Shown in pieces: positions 1-7,333 of a stretch of DNA of 32,000 nt. Source of the DNA: Ignicoccus hospitalis KIN4/I (lineage in GTDB: Archaea; Thermoproteota; Thermoprotei_A; Sulfolobales; Ignicoccaceae). The notes beneath the pieces were generated by a model. The model was not told the DNA's origin and searched no databases. It was given only the letters and a program-made list of their open reading frames with translations. A program made the translations under genes and the position numbers. Each line of letters opens with the position of its first letter. Within the stretch, counting starts at the first letter, position 1. The stretch is taken from positions 840,001 through 872,000 of the forward strand of contig NC_009776.1 in NCBI RefSeq assembly GCF_000017945.1, in the 5' to 3' direction.

Positions 1-622
1 CGGCGGCCCTCTCGCCCCAGGCGACGAAGGCCAAGCCGGGGGGCGCCATGAGGGCCTTTTGGGAGGCAGAGGCTACAGCGTCCAGCTCCATGGACTCTAC
101 GTCCAGCGGGTGGCCCCCCAAGTAGCTTACGGCGTCCACCAGCAGCAACGCGTCGTTCTCGTGGGCCACCCTAGCCAGCTCTTGTAAGTTCTTGTGGACG
201 ACGCCGGTGCTGGTCTCGTTGGCCACGACCCCCACGGCGCTCGCCTTCGACCTCTTCAATGCGTCGTCCAGCTCCTCAGCGGTGATCCCCTCGCCCTCCG
301 CGGGCTCCACGAGCTCCACCTCAGCGCCCAAGACCTCTGCTATCTTGGCCATCCTGTCGCTGAAGGTGCCGGTCTGTATTATCAGTAGCTTCTCCCCCCT
401 CTCCACGAAGTTAGCTACCATAGCCTCCACCGCGCCCGTCCCGGAGGCGGTCAAGAGAGCCACCCTCTCCGCCCCGAAGAGCTTCTGGAGCTTGGACGTT
501 AGCTCCCTCATCAGTTCTCTGAACTCCGGCCCCCTGTGGTTTATCATCGGCAAGGCTTGGGAGAGCTCCACCTCCGGGTGGAGGCTCACCGGTCCGGGGA
601 GCAAGAGCTGCAAGCGCCTCAC
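1..622 (-). CDS. Class V (AGXT/SerC-like) PLP-dependent aminotransferase; C-terminal part runs off the window
   Basis: Absent from the ORF track because it is truncated by the window edge. My reverse-strand translation reads VRRLQLLLPGPVSLHPEVELSQALPMINHRGPEFRELMRELTSKLQKLFG..LLTASGTGAVEAMVANF..VVANETSTGVV..LLLVDAVSYLGG..ASASQKALMAPPGLAF. These are the LLxPGP N-terminus, the NETSTG motif and the SQK PLP-lysine motif of class V aminotransferases. GTG start at 622 follows an in-frame TAA. The + ORFs 192..695 and 194..388 are low-complexity shadows of this gene. Confidence 0.75.
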   Translation of the reverse strand, partial: MRRLQLLLPGPVSLHPEVELSQALPMINHRGPEFRELMRELTSKLQKLFGAERVALLTASGTGAVEAMVANFVERGEKLLIIQTGTFSDRMAKIAEVLGAEVELVEPAEGEGITAEELDDALKRSKASAVGVVANETSTGVVHKNLQELARVAHENDALLLVDAVSYLGGHPLDVESMELDAVASASQKALMAPPGLAFVAWGERAA

Positions 623-688
623 GGCCTCTCTCCCGGCCCCACCCTTGATAATGAGAGGACTTAGTGCGAATCGCTCGGGAGAGGCAAG

Positions 689-1441
689 TTGTTAGCCCTA
701 ATCACCGACTACGGTTACAAGGACGTCTACGCGGGAATACTCAAGATAGTTGCAAAGGAAGTATGTAAAGACGCTGAGATAATAGACGTCACTCACGGAA
801 TAGAGCCCTTCAACGTGTTAGAAGGCGCGGTGGCTACGCTGGTAGCCGCTAAACACTTGCCCGAGGGTTCCACCTTGGTCGCCGTGGTAGACCCCGGGGT
901 GGGGAGCGAGAGGGAAGCGGTGGCAGCGCGCGTAGGGGGGAGGTTCCTCATAGGCCCCAACAACGGCCTCCTGTGGCTGGCGGCGCAGGAGCTGGGCTTG
1001 GAGAAGGCGGTTAGGATAGAGAAGAAGCTAGTAAGGTATTCTTCTCACACCTTCCACGGTCGCGACCTCTTCGTCCCGGCGGGGGCGTTCTTGGAGTGCG
1101 GCGGGGGCTTGGAGGAGCTCGGCCCCGAGACCTCTCTGACCCCCCTCCCCTTCGAGCTCTACGCCAAGCTAGGGGACAAGAGGGTGGAGACCGTAGCAGT
1201 TTACGTAGACCGTTTCGGCAACGTCATGACTTGGGCGAAAGAAGCCCCCTTCGAGCTCGGAGAGCTTGTAAGAGTGAACGGGAGGCCAGCCCGCTTCGTC
1301 AGGACGTTTTCTGAGGTCAAGCCGGGGGAGCTGGCAGTTTACATAAACAGCTTCGGCTACCTAGAGGTGGCCCAGTACATGGGCGACGCGTCGAAGAGCT
1401 TAGGCTTGAGGCCCGGAGACCCGGTGGTGGTGGAGGCTTGA
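689..1441 (+). CDS. SAM hydroxide adenosyltransferase / SAM hydrolase family (DUF62, chlorinase-fluorinase-like)
   Basis: LITDYGYKDVYAGILK..IIDVTHGIEPFNVLEGA..VAVVDPGVGSEREAV..GPNNGLL..HTFHGRDLFVPAGAF..VYVDRFGNVMT..GYLEVA closely matches archaeal DUF62 proteins over the full length. TTG start. Confidence 0.8.
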   Translation: MLALITDYGYKDVYAGILKIVAKEVCKDAEIIDVTHGIEPFNVLEGAVATLVAAKHLPEGSTLVAVVDPGVGSEREAVAARVGGRFLIGPNNGLLWLAAQELGLEKAVRIEKKLVRYSSHTFHGRDLFVPAGAFLECGGGLEELGPETSLTPLPFELYAKLGDKRVETVAVYVDRFGNVMTWAKEAPFELGELVRVNGRPARFVRTFSEVKPGELAVYINSFGYLEVAQYMGDASKSLGLRPGDPVVVEA

Positions 1442-1953
1442 GGGCGCTTTTCCCCGGGAGGTTTCAGCCCTTCCACAAGGGCCACTTGGCTGTGGTCAAG
1501 TGGAGCTTAGAAAGGGTCGACGAGCTGGTAATAGTCGTGGGCAGCGCCCAAGAGAGCCATACCTTGCAGAACCCAATGACCGCGGGCGAGAGGGTTTTGG
1601 CGATCAGAAGGGCCCTAGAGGACGAGGGAATAGACTTGAGGAAGGTATACATAATTCCGGTGCCGGACATACTAATGAACTCCGCTTGGGTGGCCCACGT
1701 GAGGACCTACGTCCCGCCTTTCGAAGCCGTAGTGACGAGGAACCCCCTAGTTAAGGTCTTGTTTGAGGAAGCGGGGTACGAGGTCCTCGAACCCCCTCCC
1801 TTCGGGAGGGAGAAGTACGTCGCGACGAACATAAGGGCATTGATGGCCTTAGGAGACCCCAAGTGGGAGGAGATGGTGCCTAGGGCGGTGGCAGAGATCA
1901 TAAAAGAGTTAGGAATAATAAGGAGGATGAGGGAGCTCTCGAAACGGGATTAG
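1438..1953 (+). CDS. nadM: Nicotinamide-nucleotide adenylyltransferase (archaeal NMNAT)
   Basis: FPGRFQPFHKGHLAVVKW..VIVVGSAQESHTLQNPMTAGERV is the (H/T)xGH cytidylyltransferase signature of archaeal NMNAT. Size is 171 aa. The TTG start overlaps the upstream stop (TTGA). Confidence 0.88.
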   Translation: MRALFPGRFQPFHKGHLAVVKWSLERVDELVIVVGSAQESHTLQNPMTAGERVLAIRRALEDEGIDLRKVYIIPVPDILMNSAWVAHVRTYVPPFEAVVTRNPLVKVLFEEAGYEVLEPPPFGREKYVATNIRALMALGDPKWEEMVPRAVAEIIKELGIIRRMRELSKRD

Positions 1954-2363
1954 TCTATGTAACCCATGGCCCTCAAGTAGCCTTCCTCGCTGCCGTACTT
2001 GGCCTTGTACTCTTCCACTATGTCGTAACCGAAGAGCTCCTTATACTTCTTCCTCCCCTCCTCCTTCATCTTGAACGGCGTCCAAGGAGGGTCGAACGTC
2101 AGATCTATGTCCACGTCCTTGACCCCGGGTATCTGTTTAGCCATATTGACTATCTGCCACAATATCTGCCCCCCGGCCGGACACGCCGGCGAAGTTAGGG
2201 TCATCTTTATCTTGACTACGCCGTCGTCAGTCACGTCCACATCATAAACCAAGCCCAAGTCCCAAACACTTATGGGGATTTCGGGGTCGCTGACCTTCTT
2301 CAACACCTCTTCGATTACCCTCTTCTTAATCTCTTCCTTGTCTATCTTGGTTTGTTGGCTCAA
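1950..2363 (-). CDS. DUF59 / MIP18-SufT-like Fe-S cluster assembly protein
   Basis: DPEIPISVWDLGLVYDVDV..VKIKMTLTSPACPAGG..VKDVDIDLTFDPPWTP is the typical DUF59 (PaaD/SufT) core with the conserved TSPxCP cysteine. Confidence 0.8.
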   Translation of the reverse strand: MSQQTKIDKEEIKKRVIEEVLKKVSDPEIPISVWDLGLVYDVDVTDDGVVKIKMTLTSPACPAGGQILWQIVNMAKQIPGVKDVDIDLTFDPPWTPFKMKEEGRKKYKELFGYDIVEEYKAKYGSEEGYLRAMGYID

Positions 2364-2469
2364 CGCGCGCTACCCTCCGACGATCACGGGCTGAGATATT
2401 TAATGTGGAAGAGTTTCGCGGCGGCCCCTCCGCTAGGGTTGACCGGTTCAACATACACGGGGACGATCG

Positions 2470-2757
2470 GTGAACTTCGAGGAACTGGTTAATACTATAC
2501 AAGACTGGACCCTCAAGATAACCGTCGTGGCTTGGGCTTTGGTGGGCCTCTCTTGGGTCCTGGGCTGGGCGCTGAGGGGCGCGCCGGTGCCCCTCTCGAG
2601 GATAAAGAGGCTGGGCCACGGCATAGTAGAGGACGCGGTTATAGCGGCTCTGTGGCTGGCCCTGGGCAGCGCAGTATTTTACTTGATATCGGTAATGGCT
2701 AAGAACTTTTTGCCCCAAGCGACCATAGAGGTCAAGCCGCCCGTGAGCGCGCGATGA
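2470..2757 (+). CDS. Hypothetical small membrane protein (two predicted TM helices)
   Basis: GTG-start ORF with two hydrophobic segments (ITVVAWALVGLSWVLGWAL and VIAALWLALGSAVFYLISV). No recognisable family. The overlapping minus ORF 2326..2814 is Arg/Pro-rich and looks spurious. Confidence 0.35.
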   Translation: MNFEELVNTIQDWTLKITVVAWALVGLSWVLGWALRGAPVPLSRIKRLGHGIVEDAVIAALWLALGSAVFYLISVMAKNFLPQATIEVKPPVSAR

Positions 2758-2812
2758 GGGCACTATGGCGGAACCGAGGGGTGAGGAATTAGCCGGGCAC
2801 CGAGCGCAATAC

Positions 2813-2820
2813 ATTTAAAC
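2813..2820 (+). promoter_or_regulatory. TATA box (ATTTAAAC) for the 5S rRNA gene
   Basis: AT-rich octamer about 22-28 nt upstream of the inferred 5S 5' end in an otherwise GC-rich spacer. Confidence 0.5.
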
Positions 2821-2840
2821 TGACCTCTGAAGCTGGACAC

Positions 2841-2969
2841 GGCCCGGCCCGGCCACAGCGACCGGGTAACACCCGGACCCATTTCGAACCCGGAAGTTAA
2901 GCCGGTCGCGCGGGGTCCGGCAGTGGCGTCCGAGAGGCGCCGCAGCCGCCCCGTGCTGGGACCGGGCCT
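2841..2969 (+). rRNA. rrf: 5S ribosomal RNA, stand-alone gene
   Basis: GGCCCGGCCCGGCCACAGCGACCGGGUAACACCCGGACCCAUUUCGAACCCGGAAGUUAAGCC..GCAGCCGCCCCGUGCUGGGACCGGGCC aligns almost base-for-base with crenarchaeal 5S (as I recall Sulfolobus 5S: ..CACCCGGACUCAUUUCGAACCCGGAAGUUAAGCC..). The 5' GGCCCGG pairs with the 3' CCGGGCC as helix I. A T-rich tract follows. Ends are +/- 2 nt. Confidence 0.9.
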
Positions 2970-3027
2970 CTAACCGTTTAACTCCTCCCCCCTTCGCACA
3001 CTTTTCTCCTTACTGAGATGCTCTCCG

Positions 3028-4218
3028 TCACCGTTTCACTTTCTTATACAAGTAACATTTCCCTCCCTTGTATACGAGCTCTAACTTCCTCAAGCGGAGC
3101 TCTTCCCACGAGACCACGTATGAGCTCCTCTTGAGCCACCACTTCAAGCACCCCAAGTCCCAGCACGCGGCCTTCTTGACCTCCCCGAAGGGGTACTCCG
3201 CGTAAGCCCAGAAGGGCTTGTACAGCACCGCCTTCTCCCCTCTGACCTTCAAGAAATCAACGATCTCGAAGGCGCAGCAGTCGTGCTTGAGGGACGACGC
3301 TGCCTTCGTACCTATAAATATAAAAGCTAAGATTATCAAGGCACCCAAGTACTTCCAACCCTTCCACTCTCCCAACGAGTTGGCTATTGCGACCGAGTAC
3401 AGCAAGTGGGCCGGGACTTGGTACCACACTTGGACCGCAGTACCCCTCAAGTAGTTGTCCAGTAGGAGCCCCGCCGGCAGCGAGAAGGATATTAAGAACA
3501 AGAGCAAGTCCCTCTTCTTTATGAGAGTATGTAACAAGACTAGGACCTCCGGCAAGAAGAGCGTGACTATGGCCTTCGCGTCCAAAGGCGCCTTGGCCCA
3601 GCCCGGCAACCTCTTATGGAACAACACGTTGTCCAGAGACGTTGCCAAGCCTAGGGAGGCCGGTATCAAGAACAGTAGGAACCTCCTATCCCTTATTCCG
3701 TACAAGCTCAGTCCCAAATAGAAGAACGTCATGCCCTCCCACATCCCTACCGAGTAAATACCTAGAAGCACTGCTGACAAGACCTTCCCCCTAATCGCTA
3801 GGGCCGCGGAGAGGGCGCCCGCCGCGCCAGCTGGAACGCTCGTGAAAACTTTGCTGGAGTACGTCAAGAACAAAGGGTTGAGTAACGCGGACAACGCCAG
3901 CGCGAGGGAGCCCCACCGACCGTTCCACGCGAGGAGGACGGCTGCCGAGGTTACCAATACGTTGAACGCGGCGTACGCGAACCTTAAGGTCCACAAACTA
4001 TCGGTAACGGGGTTGAAGGTTATCATGAACGACCAGCGGAGGGGAGGCAAGAAGGGCAAGTGGGGGTCCCAGTCCCACTTCAACTCTTTAGTTATGTAGT
4101 AGTACCAAGCCTCGTCCCCATGAGGGTTGCAAGGGACGTACTTAGGCATTAAGAATATTATGGATATGAGGAGGATCGTTAGTGTTAGCTTCTCCAGCAG
4201 CCCGGGGGGCTCCTTCAC
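3028..4218 (-). CDS. Polytopic membrane protein, probable GT-C fold glycosyltransferase (ArnT/PMT-like) with a Cys-rich C-terminal soluble domain
   Basis: About 10 hydrophobic segments. An acidic HGDEAWYY motif follows TM1, the position of the DxD/ExD loop of GT-C enzymes. The C-terminal ~90 aa are non-membrane and contain CC, CWDLGC and KC. GTG start. The family call is tentative. Confidence 0.55.
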   Translation of the reverse strand: MKEPPGLLEKLTLTILLISIIFLMPKYVPCNPHGDEAWYYYITKELKWDWDPHLPFLPPLRWSFMITFNPVTDSLWTLRFAYAAFNVLVTSAAVLLAWNGRWGSLALALSALLNPLFLTYSSKVFTSVPAGAAGALSAALAIRGKVLSAVLLGIYSVGMWEGMTFFYLGLSLYGIRDRRFLLFLIPASLGLATSLDNVLFHKRLPGWAKAPLDAKAIVTLFLPEVLVLLHTLIKKRDLLLFLISFSLPAGLLLDNYLRGTAVQVWYQVPAHLLYSVAIANSLGEWKGWKYLGALIILAFIFIGTKAASSLKHDCCAFEIVDFLKVRGEKAVLYKPFWAYAEYPFGEVKKAACWDLGCLKWWLKRSSYVVSWEELRLRKLELVYKGGKCYLYKKVKR

Positions 4219-4272
4219 CTCGCACCGCCGCTGTCTTTTAACCGAGGAGTTTGTTAACGGCGTCGGTGCCCC

Positions 4273-4830
4273 TTGAGGAGGGAGTTACTCGAACTATTGG
4301 AGGACGAAGGCATAGCTAAGAGACTCTTCGTAACCAACGGCGTGGACTCCCTCTTGTCCACAATAGGAGTTGTTACGGGGACCTACGTCACCACCCACGA
4401 GCTCGACCCAAGGGTTTACTTGGGCGCCTCGTTGGGAGGGGCAATGGCTTTGGGGCTGTTGAGCGGGTTCGTAGGAGTGTACATAACTGAGAAGGTGGAA
4501 AGGTTGAAAGAGTTATCAGAAATGGAAAAGGAAGTAATAGGCAGCTTGAGGAAGTCCGTGTACGCTAAGGCTACTAACTACCTCGCCCTGTACGTGGCCC
4601 TCTGGAGCGCCCTGGGGAGCTTGGGCCTCCCCTTGCTAGCCCTCTCCCCCTTCCTCCTCGCGTTGTTCTTCAACTTCAACGCCGTTTACGCTTCGTTGTT
4701 CCTGGCCTACCTCGAGTTGACGTTTCTGGGACTTTACGCGGGGCGCGACCTCAAGTCGGCAGCGATGTACTTGGCTCTGGGCTTGGCTGCCACGGCCGTG
4801 GCCGCTGCCCTAGGGCGGCTCTTGATATAA
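4273..4830 (+). CDS. Membrane protein, possibly VIT1/CCC1-like (Fe/Mn transporter family)
   Basis: FVTNGVDSLLSTIGVVTG resembles the GxNDGxxSxxxLVxG N-terminal motif of the VIT family. It is followed by a TM helix, an amphipathic acidic helix (ERLKELSEMEKE) and three more TM helices. TTG start. Confidence 0.5.
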   Translation: MRRELLELLEDEGIAKRLFVTNGVDSLLSTIGVVTGTYVTTHELDPRVYLGASLGGAMALGLLSGFVGVYITEKVERLKELSEMEKEVIGSLRKSVYAKATNYLALYVALWSALGSLGLPLLALSPFLLALFFNFNAVYASLFLAYLELTFLGLYAGRDLKSAAMYLALGLAATAVAAALGRLLI

Positions 4831-4868
4831 AAGGGGCGAGGCGGACTAGACCTCGTGGGCGCTCGACT

Positions 4869-5273
4869 TTGGACAAGATTAAAGACTTGAAGGAAGGCAA
4901 GAGCGTAACCATAAGGGGTCGCGTGCTAGAGGTAAGCGAGAAAAGGGTCGTTAACACGAAGTACGGACCGGCAGAGCTCAGCGAGGCGGTCGTGGGCGAC
5001 GAAACCGGAAGGGTGAGGGTAACCCTCTGGAGGGACAAGGCTGGATCTCTGGAAGTGGGCGACGTGGTCGAGATAAGGGACGGGTGGACCACCTCATACA
5101 AGGGAGAGGTTCAAGTAAACGTGAACAGGAGGACCGAGATCGTCAAGCTGGACGACTCGGAGGCGCCAAGCCCGGAGGAGATACCGGAGGAGAGGCCTAA
5201 GAGCACGGCACGCGCAGGACCTTCACGTTCCTCTTTCTCACGAAGACGAGGAAGCAACCGTCCTTCCCCTTAA
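4869..5273 (+). CDS. ssb: Crenarchaeal single-OB-fold single-stranded DNA-binding protein (SSB)
   Basis: [73 protein letters not shown] parallels Sulfolobus SSB (..[48 protein letters not shown].., from memory). It ends in an Arg/Ser/Gly-rich tail. Confidence 0.85.
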   Translation: [134 protein letters not shown]

Positions 5274-5508
5274 CTTTCAACCTCTTTCCCTTCCGTTCCA
5301 CTACCTCAAACGATTCAACGAGTTCCTTCCCCTTTTCTGTCAACTCGTAAGTGTTTTCCTTCTTTTTAATGTAGCCGGCCTTCCTAGCGTAGTAGATCAA
5401 GGTCTTGGTTCGGGAGGAGGGCAACCCTAAACAAGTCGAGAGCTCGCCCGCGGAGGAAGGGTCGTCCGCGAAGCAGAGGAGCAGGGGGAGCAACCAGAGG
5501 TCCTTCAT
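5197..5508 (-). CDS. Winged-helix DNA-binding protein (putative transcriptional regulator)
   Basis: AGELSTCLGLPSSRTKTLIYYARKAGYIKKKENTYELTEKGKELV is an HTH-plus-wing pattern. It lies directly downstream of the cytochrome gene on the same strand. Confidence 0.55.
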   Translation of the reverse strand: MKDLWLLPLLLCFADDPSSAGELSTCLGLPSSRTKTLIYYARKAGYIKKKENTYELTEKGKELVESFEVVERKGKRLKVKGKDGCFLVFVRKRNVKVLRVPCS

Positions 5509-5533
5509 CCCGGAGTGAGAAGGTTACGGTGAC

Positions 5534-5539
5534 AAAAAA
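5534..5539 (-). terminator. Oligo-T tract (TTTTTT on the minus strand) downstream of the cytochrome gene
   Basis: A T6 run 34-39 nt after the stop of the 5573..7234 gene. Archaeal RNAP terminates at oligo-T. It could also be part of the promoter of the next gene. Confidence 0.3.
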
Positions 5540-5572
5540 GCTCTCGTTTGGTTTTACTTATTGCTACCTTTT

Positions 5573-7234
5573 TTACTTAGCGGCGGCCCTGGCGGCCTCC
5601 CAGAGCCGTAGCAAGGTCTTCATGTGCTCTATGTCCTTAGTGAGCTGGTACCAGCCCCTCTTGAAGGTCGTCCAGTCTTGACCGTTCATGGCGGTGCCGT
5701 ACCTTATGCTGTTGCTGTAGAACAGCCAGCTCTCCACCCACAGCTTCTCAATGTATTCGTCGAAGAGCGTGACGGGCTTGGCCAAGTCTACGTGTGCCAG
5801 GCCGCTCTGCCACGCCTTCAGCAGCAGCACGGTAGTCTTTAGGGTGGCCTTGTTGGTCTCCTCTATCTGGGTGTCCAGCAGCCTCATCCTGTACTCCGCG
5901 TACTCGGTGTTGTGACACGCGGAGCATATCTTCACCATCTGCTCCCTCCTCTTGGCCATCTCCTCCTCGCTTATCAGGCCGGGGCTGCCGTCCGGCAGAG
6001 TGGCGTAGAGGAACTTACCGGTCTTGATGTCGGGGGCTAAGCTTATCGGCATGGGTAGCTTCACGCCGACTAATGCCTTAGCTATGGTGAGGCCTTGCTT
6101 CGCCAAGGCTTCAGCGGTGCTCTCCGGCATGGCTTCTACGCTGAGCTTGAAGTGCTGGCCGGTCCTAGGCATCGGGTGGGCGTATATCAGGCCGAACAGC
6201 CTCACCCACAGCCTGGTGTCCACGTTGTGGGTCCTCTCCGCTATCACTTCACCGGTCACCGGGTTGACTAGCAGGCTCATGTGACACGTGGCACAAGTGG
6301 GCGCGGTGAAGTCGGCTCCCGGCTTCCATGCCGGCGCCTTCATGTTGTACTTCTTGTGGTGCATGAACCATATGTTGCCGTGCTTGCTCTCCTTCCACAC
6401 GTTGAACGCCGGCACGTCGGGGTCTAGGTGGCACTGCCCACAAGTGTAGGGGCTCCTAGCTATCTCTATGTCGAAGCTGTGCCTCGGGTGGCAAGCGGTA
6501 CAAGCGCCCAGGCTGCCGTCGGGGTTCACCCTACCGACGCCGTGGTTGGGGTAGCCCTCGTACTTCACCAAGGTGACCGGTATGCCGTGAGATATGGTGT
6601 CAACGGTACCTACGACCTTGACCACGGTGCCGTGGCATGCTAGACAGCTGGTCTCTTGGCTGGTCCTCTCGCCACCGAAGGTCTTGCCCATACAAGTGAA
6701 CATGGTGCTGGCGTTAACTAGAGCTCTGTATATGGGGTTATGCATCAAGTTGTAGTAGGCCCAAGCCTTGCTGCTCTTGGAGTACTGCTCTACTTCGGTC
6801 CTGTGGCAGACAGCACAGTCGTTGGGGGTCACTATGGGGTGTATCTTGAAGCCGAAGTGGTCTATGGTGTCAGGGTGCTTCTCGGGGTTGAGGCCGTGGC
6901 ACTCGTAGCAGCCGACCACCACGTTCCTCAAGTTGGCCGGTATCTCGTCCAGCGGGGTGCTCACTTCCCTCTCCAGAGCTGGCTTCTGCCAAGCTTCAGC
7001 CGGGGTCACGTGGGCCATCTTGCTCTTGAGCCAGTCGGCCACTATGCCCGGAGTGACGCTTATGTGACAGCTGAGACACGTCTTGGTCTGCGGGCTAACG
7101 TTCTTCAGTTTGGCGACGGCCTCTTGGAGGTTCACAGTGTTAGCCATTTCGTCGTGAGCCATCATGTGTCCCATAGGCATGGCGAGGAGCGCGGTCGCCA
7201 GTAGGAGAGCCAGCAGCGCGCCCCTCATGGTCAC
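5573..7234 (-). CDS. Secreted or membrane-associated octaheme cytochrome c, hydroxylamine-oxidoreductase (HAO)-like family
   Basis: Eight canonical CxxCH motifs: C53LSCH, C109YECH, C140AVCH, C197LACH, C245TACH, C265GQCH, C314ATCH, C437SACH. No CxxCK motif. The N-terminus is a hydrophobic signal or anchor (MTMRGALLALLLATALLAMP). The C-terminal third is helical. Confidence 0.93.
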   Translation of the reverse strand: MTMRGALLALLLATALLAMPMGHMMAHDEMANTVNLQEAVAKLKNVSPQTKTCLSCHISVTPGIVADWLKSKMAHVTPAEAWQKPALEREVSTPLDEIPANLRNVVVGCYECHGLNPEKHPDTIDHFGFKIHPIVTPNDCAVCHRTEVEQYSKSSKAWAYYNLMHNPIYRALVNASTMFTCMGKTFGGERTSQETSCLACHGTVVKVVGTVDTISHGIPVTLVKYEGYPNHGVGRVNPDGSLGACTACHPRHSFDIEIARSPYTCGQCHLDPDVPAFNVWKESKHGNIWFMHHKKYNMKAPAWKPGADFTAPTCATCHMSLLVNPVTGEVIAERTHNVDTRLWVRLFGLIYAHPMPRTGQHFKLSVEAMPESTAEALAKQGLTIAKALVGVKLPMPISLAPDIKTGKFLYATLPDGSPGLISEEEMAKRREQMVKICSACHNTEYAEYRMRLLDTQIEETNKATLKTTVLLLKAWQSGLAHVDLAKPVTLFDEYIEKLWVESWLFYSNSIRYGTAMNGQDWTTFKRGWYQLTKDIEHMKTLLRLWEAARAAAK

Positions 7235-7262
7235 TCTCCTCGGTTGGGAGGACTTTCAGGGC

Positions 7263-7272
7263 GTTAAAAAAT
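7263..7272 (-). promoter_or_regulatory. TATA-like element (CATTTTTTAAC on the minus strand) upstream of the cytochrome gene
   Basis: AT-rich element about 30-38 nt upstream of the ATG at 7234. Confidence 0.4.
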
Positions 7273-7333
7273 GTCTTCCATATAGGGCATGGCTCGGGGC
7301 GAAGTTTGCTGGTTGCTCAGCCATTAAACCACT

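Noticed and set aside
192-695. 167-aa + strand ORF (and 194..388) rich in Ser/Thr/Ala/Pro
   Set aside because: Low-complexity composition, and it lies exactly antisense to a well-supported class V aminotransferase frame. This is a typical shadow ORF in GC-rich DNA.
2470-2757. Possibility that the 95-aa two-TM protein is a VirB2/CedA1-like conjugative or DNA-import pilin
   Set aside because: Only the topology (two TM helices separated by a basic loop) is suggestive. There is no VirB4/CedB/HerA-like ATPase or CedA-like gene in the window, and I cannot verify any sequence similarity.
2326-2814. 162-aa minus-strand ORF spanning the DUF59 gene start, the intergenic region and the small membrane ORF
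   Set aside because: Arg/Pro/Gln-rich with no motifs. It overlaps the real DUF59 start and runs into the 5S promoter, so it is judged spurious.
6740-7204. Antisense ORFs inside the cytochrome gene (5624..5842, 6024..6284, 6428..6643, 6740..7204)
   Set aside because: All lie opposite the eight-heme frame, which is unambiguous. Their composition is Val/Gly/His-rich mirror-codon artefact.
7235-7333. Possible C/D-box sRNA in AT-richer intergenic spacers (also 2364..2469, 27362..27463, 31693..31739)
   Set aside because: CUGA D-box-like tetramers occur, but I found no RUGAUGA C box at the right spacing on either strand. These spacers are better explained as promoter or terminator regions.
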